A DNA stretch of 64,000 nucleotides. It comes from Candidatus Yanofskybacteria bacterium (GTDB lineage: Bacteria > Patescibacteriota > Minisyncoccia > 2-02-FULL-40-12 > GWA2-44-9). The DNA lies in assembly GCA_020847715.1 (NCBI GenBank), contig JADLBM010000021.1, positions 800 to 64,799 on the forward strand, written 5' to 3'. A model generated the notes under the pieces. That model saw nothing but the letters and a program-made list of their open reading frames with translations. It was not told the DNA's origin and searched no databases. The translations under genes were made by a program, and so were the position numbers. Below are positions 58,730 to 64,000 of this stretch, piece by piece (positions within the stretch are counted from its first letter, which is position 1; each line of letters starts with the position of its first letter).

Positions 58730-59284
58730 ATGACCGATACCAAGACACTTACCTCGGTCAATAAGGCCCTCAAAGAGAAGTTTAAGGGCCGGAAACTCGT
58801 GTTCGGAAAAGGCTCCGTTGGAGCGAAGGTCGTCGTCGTCAGTGAGATGCTGGGAATCCACGGCGAAAAAGACGGCACCCCGCTCGGAGGACCGCACGCA
58901 AAAATGCTGAACAAGCTGCTCCGCGATGCCGGCATTGATCGCCGGAAGGTCTACGTAACCAACGTGGTCAAATACCGCCCCGAAGAAGACAAGCTCCCGA
59001 CGCCGAAGGAGATTAAAAGCCACGCCACGTTCCTCAAGGAAGAGATCCGAACCGTAAATCCGGAAATCGTGGTCACGCTAGGAAATCTTGCCCTGAACGG
59101 CGTGGGCCTCCGCATCCCCGTCGAGAATGTCCACGGCCGCACGTTCCCGCTCGGCGGCTATCGCCTGCTTCCGACCTTCCACCCCGAACGCGCTCTTCGC
59201 GATCCGGACGCAAAGACGCTCCTCGAGGCGGACTTCGCGAAGCTCAAGGAACTCATGAAAGCCCCGAAGCCAGAAGCAAACTAA
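58730..59284 (+). CDS. uracil-DNA glycosylase superfamily (family 4-like) protein
   Basis: VVVVSEMLGIHGEKDGTPLGGP and LPTFHPE motif B. Confidence 0.7.
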   Translation: MTDTKTLTSVNKALKEKFKGRKLVFGKGSVGAKVVVVSEMLGIHGEKDGTPLGGPHAKMLNKLLRDAGIDRRKVYVTNVVKYRPEEDKLPTPKEIKSHATFLKEEIRTVNPEIVVTLGNLALNGVGLRIPVENVHGRTFPLGGYRLLPTFHPERALRDPDAKTLLEADFAKLKELMKAPKPEAN

Positions 59285-59288
59285 CACC

Positions 59289-59318
59289 CCTCCATTCCGG
59301 AGGGGTTGTTTGTATTAT
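59289..59318 (+). terminator. terminator CCCCTCC-ATT-CCGGAGGGG-TTGTTTGT
   Basis: direct reading. Confidence 0.7.
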
Positions 59319-60295
59319 CTCTTCCTTTTGAGAACACTCCGAACCGCTTCCTCGATAGCGGGAGTCGTCAGGCCGAATGCCTTCATCAGCTCCGCGGGAG
59401 ACCCAGACTCTCCGAACCGATCGCGAATACCGATGAATTCGATAGGGACCGGATACGACCGCGCGAGCACCTCGGCAACCGCAGAACCCATACCGCCGGC
59501 GATCTGATGCTCTTCGGCCGTCACGACCGCACCACACGCTTTCGCGGCGGCACAGACCGCTTTCTCATCCATCGGCTTGATGGTGTGATTATTCAGAACG
59601 GTGCATTCAATGCCATCACGGGAAAGAGCATCGGCTGCCATCAACGCCTCATACACAAGTGCTCCACACGCAATGATGGCAACATCGGAGCCCTCTCGGA
59701 GTGTCACGGCTTTTCCGATCTCGAAAGGTGCGTCTGGCGTCGTAATGACCGGCGTTTTCTCACGACCAAGCCGGAGGTACGACGGAACCCCGTTCTGGGC
59801 GATAGCAATCGTCGCCCGCCGCGCCTCATTGGCATCGCAGGGAACCACAACGGTCATGTTCGGCACCACCCGCATAAGGGCGATGTCTTCCAGCGCCTGA
59901 TGTGTTGCGCCATCAGGGCCAACGCTAATGCCCGCATGCGCCCCGACAATCTTCACGGGGACATTGTTCAGGCAGATGTTCGTTCGAATCTGCTCGTTGT
60001 TCCGCCCTGGGCTGAACGTCGCATAGCTCGCAATGAACGGAATTTTGCCTGCCGCGGCGAGTCCCGATGCGACCACCGCAAGGTTCTGCTCGGCGACACC
60101 GATCTGGATGAACCGATGGGGGAAGCGCTCGGCGAACCAGTGGCTCCGCGTGGACTCGGTGAGATCGGCACACAGCACGACAATACGCTCGTCGCGTTCG
60201 CCGGCGTCGACAATGCCCTTTCCGTATCCGTCACGCGTCGGAACCATGTCTAGCGTACCGGATCGGAAGTCGCTTGTGTTTGTGTGCGCATCCAT
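59315..60295 (-). CDS. tktB: transketolase, C-terminal (pyrimidine-binding plus C-terminal domain) subunit
   Basis: GIVDAGERDERIVVLCADL...FIQIGVAEQNLAVVASGLA...GPDGATHQALEDIALMR. Confidence 0.85.
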   Translation of the reverse strand: MDAHTNTSDFRSGTLDMVPTRDGYGKGIVDAGERDERIVVLCADLTESTRSHWFAERFPHRFIQIGVAEQNLAVVASGLAAAGKIPFIASYATFSPGRNNEQIRTNICLNNVPVKIVGAHAGISVGPDGATHQALEDIALMRVVPNMTVVVPCDANEARRATIAIAQNGVPSYLRLGREKTPVITTPDAPFEIGKAVTLREGSDVAIIACGALVYEALMAADALSRDGIECTVLNNHTIKPMDEKAVCAAAKACGAVVTAEEHQIAGGMGSAVAEVLARSYPVPIEFIGIRDRFGESGSPAELMKAFGLTTPAIEEAVRSVLKRKR

Positions 60296-60359
60296 ACAGT
60301 GAGAGAGCAACTACCCTCATGCGTCCCGCCATGACAAATGCCATCGTGGGACGGTCAGA

Positions 60360-60440
60360 CTACTTGCTCTGTCCCCAAATAATTCCAATAACTACCAACA
60401 CGGCGACACCGATAAGTCCGAACAGAAGACCGGTACTCAT
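60360..60440 (-). CDS. 26-aa hydrophobic micropeptide with strong SD
   Basis: MSTGLLFGLIGVAVLVVIGIIWGQSK; AAAGGAGGTG 8 nt upstream; not in ORF track (below size cut-off). Confidence 0.4.
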   Translation of the reverse strand: MSTGLLFGLIGVAVLVVIGIIWGQSK

Positions 60441-60491
60441 GATGCTCCCCACCTCCTTTCACGCTGCATCATCATACGATGGAATACGATA

Positions 60492-60872
60492 TCACTCGCC
60501 ACTCGGCCGACATACACCGCACACCGCTGCTTGCACATCGGAAGAAGCTCCCTGCGCAATGAGTGCACGGCAAATCGTACGTTGCCCCTCGGTAGTACAC
60601 GCATCGCCACCTATCGGACTCGCAAACGATCCCGAGAAGTCGACTCCCAGCACGCTCGGAGCAGCAGGGAAGCCGCTCATGATGCTTGCATAGAGTTGCT
60701 GTTTCTGTGTTCGCGAAACTCCGCTCTCCTCAATGGTCGTCATCATGAATGCAGTGCGCTGCTGTGACGCCTGCCTCGCCGCCCGCGCTTGGAGATACTG
60801 CCATCCGCCAAACGCGAATGAAGCTCCGGCAAAGAGGAACATGACGGCGGGAAATAGAATGCGCTTCTCCAT
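60492..60872 (-). CDS. hypothetical TM-anchored protein with Cys-containing extracellular region
   Basis: MEKRILFPAVMFLFAGASFAF TM; 5 Cys. Confidence 0.4.
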   Translation of the reverse strand: MEKRILFPAVMFLFAGASFAFGGWQYLQARAARQASQQRTAFMMTTIEESGVSRTQKQQLYASIMSGFPAAPSVLGVDFSGSFASPIGGDACTTEGQRTICRALIAQGASSDVQAAVCGVCRPSGE

Positions 60873-60873
60873 A

Positions 60874-61305
60874 TCAGCGAATGAAACACTGTACGCAGGC
60901 AGCATTGTCGATACTCATGCGAAATTGCGAAGCGTTCGCACACGCATTCCCCGGCTCCTGCTCTCGGGCGCAGAGTGCGTTCGCCTGCGCAAGCGACTGA
61001 GCAAGTGCAATGCAGCGAGTCTTGACCGTTTCGGTACATGCCTCAGCGGGCACCGGAGCGTCTGCGCTTGAGCGCGAAAGGTCAACAACCGGCGGCGGTG
61101 TTGCGAGCGAGGCGAATGCCGCATCCACGATGGTCGCCTTCGTTGCCGACCCGATATTCGCGTCTTGCACCGCGCCGAGAATGCGATACGCCTGCTCGTA
61201 GGCAAACCCGCGAGCATTCCCCGCCTCGATGTTCTTGTACACGCCGAATCCCAGCGAGAACACGGAAACGAGTACCGAGAAAATCATGGTCAAATCACGC
61301 AGCAT
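60874..61305 (-). CDS. hypothetical TM-anchored protein with Cys-containing extracellular region
   Basis: MLRDLTMIFSVLVSVFSLGFGV TM; 6 Cys; same architecture as 60492..60872. Confidence 0.4.
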   Translation of the reverse strand: MLRDLTMIFSVLVSVFSLGFGVYKNIEAGNARGFAYEQAYRILGAVQDANIGSATKATIVDAAFASLATPPPVVDLSRSSADAPVPAEACTETVKTRCIALAQSLAQANALCAREQEPGNACANASQFRMSIDNAACVQCFIR

Positions 61306-61307
61306 GG

Positions 61308-62171
61308 CTATTGGTGTTCACTCTGTATGGTACCACGAAGTGTGCGGAGCTCCGCGAGGAACCGCTTCGCTTCATCAGGCTTCGGAGGAATTCCATGCCA
61401 TGTATAATCAAATTCGATTTCCTTTACACCCTTCCCAGGAATGGTATGCGCGATGATGACGGTTGGCTTCTCAAAGATAGCCTTCGCCTGCTGAACTGCG
61501 TCAACGAATGCTTCGATGTTGTGCCCATCCACCTCGAGGACGTGCCAGTTGAACGCCTCCCACTTTGCCCGAAGCGACTCGAGCGGCATGACCTGCTCGG
61601 TCATGCCGTCGATCTGGATGTTATTGCGATCAATGATGCCCGTCAGGTTGGAAAGTCGCTCTTTCCCTGCCAACATAGCCGACTCCCAGAGGACGCCCTC
61701 GTCCTGCTCGCCGTCAGACATGAAGCAGTAGGTGCGCCAGTACGCACTGTCCATCCGTGCTGCAAGCGCCATGCCAACCGCCTGACCCAATCCAGACCCT
61801 AATGGGCCAGATGTCGTCTCAACACCGGGGAGACGCTCTCGTTCGGGGTGGCCCTGCAAGCGACTCCCAAATTTTCGGAGCGTCAGGAGCTCGTCGACGG
61901 AAAAGTACCCCGAATGCGCCATGGCCGCATACCGGACCGGAGTGATGTGGCCGTTTGAGAGCACCAGTCGGTCACGAGAGGCGAGGGCGGGATTCTTCGG
62001 GTCGTGATTCAGCACATGGAAATACATGGCCGTAAAGATATCGGCCATGCCGAGTGGACCCGCCGTGTGCCCCGAGCCTGCGGCGACCAGCATTTCAAGG
62101 ATACTCTGACGAATCTCATTCGCCTTCAGCTCGAGCTCCTGTATCTTCTTTTCAGAAATGTATTCCGACAA
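61308..62171 (-). CDS. tktA: transketolase, N-terminal (TPP-binding) subunit
   Basis: SGHTAGPLGMADIFTAMYF...GHPE...MSDGEQDEGVLWESAMLAG. Confidence 0.88.
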   Translation of the reverse strand: MSEYISEKKIQELELKANEIRQSILEMLVAAGSGHTAGPLGMADIFTAMYFHVLNHDPKNPALASRDRLVLSNGHITPVRYAAMAHSGYFSVDELLTLRKFGSRLQGHPERERLPGVETTSGPLGSGLGQAVGMALAARMDSAYWRTYCFMSDGEQDEGVLWESAMLAGKERLSNLTGIIDRNNIQIDGMTEQVMPLESLRAKWEAFNWHVLEVDGHNIEAFVDAVQQAKAIFEKPTVIIAHTIPGKGVKEIEFDYTWHGIPPKPDEAKRFLAELRTLRGTIQSEHQ

Positions 62172-62189
62172 TCTGTATTCGCTATTCGC

Positions 62190-63221
62190 CTACGAAAGAC
62201 TCCCCGCAACCTCAAGAACATGCAGCACCAATGAATTCGTATACCCGAATTCATTGTCATACCAGGAGTAGACCGCGCAGAAATCGCCGTCTACCACCTT
62301 TGTGAGAGAAAGATCGGCGATAGCAGCATGCGAATCACCGATGATATCGCTTGAGACGAGCTGGTCGCGCGTGACCGTAAAAATATCGCTCCACCGAGGA
62401 TCCTTCGCCGCGGCCTCGAGAATTGTATTGACCTCCTCGACGGTCGTCTTGCGCTTTGCCAGGAATGTCACAGACGAGATGGAGCCGGTGAGGACCGGCA
62501 CCCGCAACGAGATGCCGTCGAAGTGGCCGTCCATGCCGTCAACGACCCGAGCAACTGCAATCGCGGCCCCCGTCGTTGAAGGGGTGATGTTTGCCGCCGC
62601 CGCGCGCCCGCGCCGAAAATCAGCACCCTTCGTCGGTCCATCAATGAGCGTCTGCGTGGCGGTATAGCCGTGCACGGTGTTCAGGAACGCCTTCTTGATA
62701 CCCAAGCCCTCCTGAAGAATCTGAATAACCGGTGAAACGGAGTTCGTGGTGCAGGAGCCATTATTCGAGAGCGTGCATGTTTTGAGCTCGTCGGTATTCA
62801 GTCCGACCAGTACGGTCTTTGCGTCGGGCCCATCGTCGTCCTTCGCCGGAGCGGTCAACACGACCCGCTTCGCACCGGCGGTGATATGTACTCGAGCCTG
62901 TTCGTACGACTCAAACACACCCGTCGCCTCAACGGCAATATCGACACCGAGCTCGCCCCACGGGAGCGCAGCGGGGTCTCGCTCCTGCAGGAACAGGAAC
63001 CGACGACCACCCACCACGAGCCACGTCTTCCCATCAGCTTCTTCAACAGCCACCTCATGCTGGTATCGACCGTACGCGGAATCGAAACGAAGGAGGTATG
63101 CGAGATTCTCCGGATTCCCGAGATCATTAATGGCGACAATCTCCAGCTCCGGCTTCGTGAGCGCCAGCTTAAAGAACGCGCGACCAATGCGCCCAAAACC
63201 GTTAATCGCGACTTTTGCCAT
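62190..63221 (-). CDS. gap: glyceraldehyde-3-phosphate dehydrogenase
   Basis: MAKVAINGFGRIGR, SCTTNS active site. Confidence 0.95.
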   Translation of the reverse strand: MAKVAINGFGRIGRAFFKLALTKPELEIVAINDLGNPENLAYLLRFDSAYGRYQHEVAVEEADGKTWLVVGGRRFLFLQERDPAALPWGELGVDIAVEATGVFESYEQARVHITAGAKRVVLTAPAKDDDGPDAKTVLVGLNTDELKTCTLSNNGSCTTNSVSPVIQILQEGLGIKKAFLNTVHGYTATQTLIDGPTKGADFRRGRAAAANITPSTTGAAIAVARVVDGMDGHFDGISLRVPVLTGSISSVTFLAKRKTTVEEVNTILEAAAKDPRWSDIFTVTRDQLVSSDIIGDSHAAIADLSLTKVVDGDFCAVYSWYDNEFGYTNSLVLHVLEVAGSLS

Positions 63222-63230
63222 ACGATCATT

Positions 63231-63968
63231 TTACCATGCGGGAAAAAGAAAACGCCCCGCCCTTATGAACAGGCGGGGCGAGGTGCTCGCGATGAGCGAT
63301 CTGGGCGCGAGCCCCAGCTCATCTTTCTTCGGCTTCTGCGGCTGCTGAGGAGGCGCCGGAGACTGGGGCGAGGGCACAGGCGGGCGCCCGTTCAGGGAGG
63401 GCAGGATTTGCCCTCGCAAGAACACGAATGGTCCGCAGGCCGGCGTACGTCGCCCCTCATCCGTCTCGGCGCAAAGCTGGATGCCGGTCAGCTGATAGAG
63501 GGGAACGCACCCCTTATCTTCCTCGCACGAGATGAGGTAGGTATGCTCCCATGTCTCCCGAGGCCCGCCCTTCCGCCGATACACGACTTCAACCTCAACG
63601 CTTTCCGGAACCGGCCACGGGACACCAAAGACGCTGATGACCCTGGATGGGACGTACACAGCGGTGAAACTGAGCACGGTCACACCCTCGGCCATGAATC
63701 GGTCGTCATGGATGATGCCGTATGCGCCACGGTCGCCGCGCGCCATGTCCAGTCGATGCGGACGAATACCGAACGCAATCCACGACAGGGCCAGTGACGC
63801 CAACACCGCGCCGGCAGCGCCTATCGCGCTCAGCGCCGACCATGCGAGTCCTCTGAAAGAGAAGGAGCGGAGGAGCGCACGCGGATTCAAGATGGCCCGC
63901 ACGAGCACAATGAGGAGACACGTCCCGAGGAGAGCGATGCTCCCCAAGCCGACGAACAGGCGAACCAT
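63231..63968 (-). CDS. hypothetical membrane protein (2-3 N-terminal TM plus extracytoplasmic domain)
   Basis: ORF 245 aa; its last 15 codons run through a terminator-like hairpin (63253..63283), so the 3' end is uncertain. Confidence 0.35.
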   Translation of the reverse strand: MVRLFVGLGSIALLGTCLLIVLVRAILNPRALLRSFSFRGLAWSALSAIGAAGAVLASLALSWIAFGIRPHRLDMARGDRGAYGIIHDDRFMAEGVTVLSFTAVYVPSRVISVFGVPWPVPESVEVEVVYRRKGGPRETWEHTYLISCEEDKGCVPLYQLTGIQLCAETDEGRRTPACGPFVFLRGQILPSLNGRPPVPSPQSPAPPQQPQKPKKDELGLAPRSLIASTSPRLFIRAGRFLFPAW

Positions 63969-64000
63969 GGCAACCTCCGCGCTACATGGAAAAGAACGCC

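Overview
This is a high-GC (about 60%) bacterial chromosomal window, almost entirely coding and mostly on the minus strand. The backbone is core housekeeping genes.

- **Ribosomal/translation backbone:** the fused str/S10/spc ribosomal superoperon (rpsL-rpsG-fusA-tuf-rpsJ ... rplC through rplO-secY, then adk and map). L30 (rpmD) is missing between S5 and L15, S14 is the zinc type, and no infA/rpmJ follows map; with other traits this suggests a Patescibacteria/CPR-like lineage (inference).
- **Division/maintenance block:** nrdJ-ftsZ-ftsA-ybeY-yqeY-rpsU-hit-hisS-lepB-pth, then H+-PPase and rmuC.
- **Type IV pilus cluster:** REC-fused pilB, pilC, three pseudopilins, major pilin and a surface protein, with comEC nearby.
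- **Other housekeeping:** ndk, a split transketolase, gap, and divergent tRNA-Ala/tRNA-Ile genes.

Three accessory insertions sit inside conserved syntenic junctions:
1. A ~5.8 kb island of about 11 small Cys-rich and transmembrane genes lies exactly at the rpsJ|rplC junction. It carries internal direct repeats, a thrice-repeated promoter/RBS leader and a low-GC patch.
2. A 3-gene insert lies between secY and adk (a tandem paralog pair plus a Lys-rich zinc-ribbon protein).
3. About 1 kb of small membrane-protein genes splits the two transketolase halves.

A tRNA-Pro(GGG) gene is flanked by separate 5' and 3' partial copies of itself, which looks like a recombination or integration scar. A recurring -10-like motif TGTGGTATAC (or TGGTATA..) precedes many genes. 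No CRISPR array, rRNA, transposase, integrase or reverse-transcriptase gene is visible. Product calls come from reading the ORF translations against remembered family signatures; no database search was possible.
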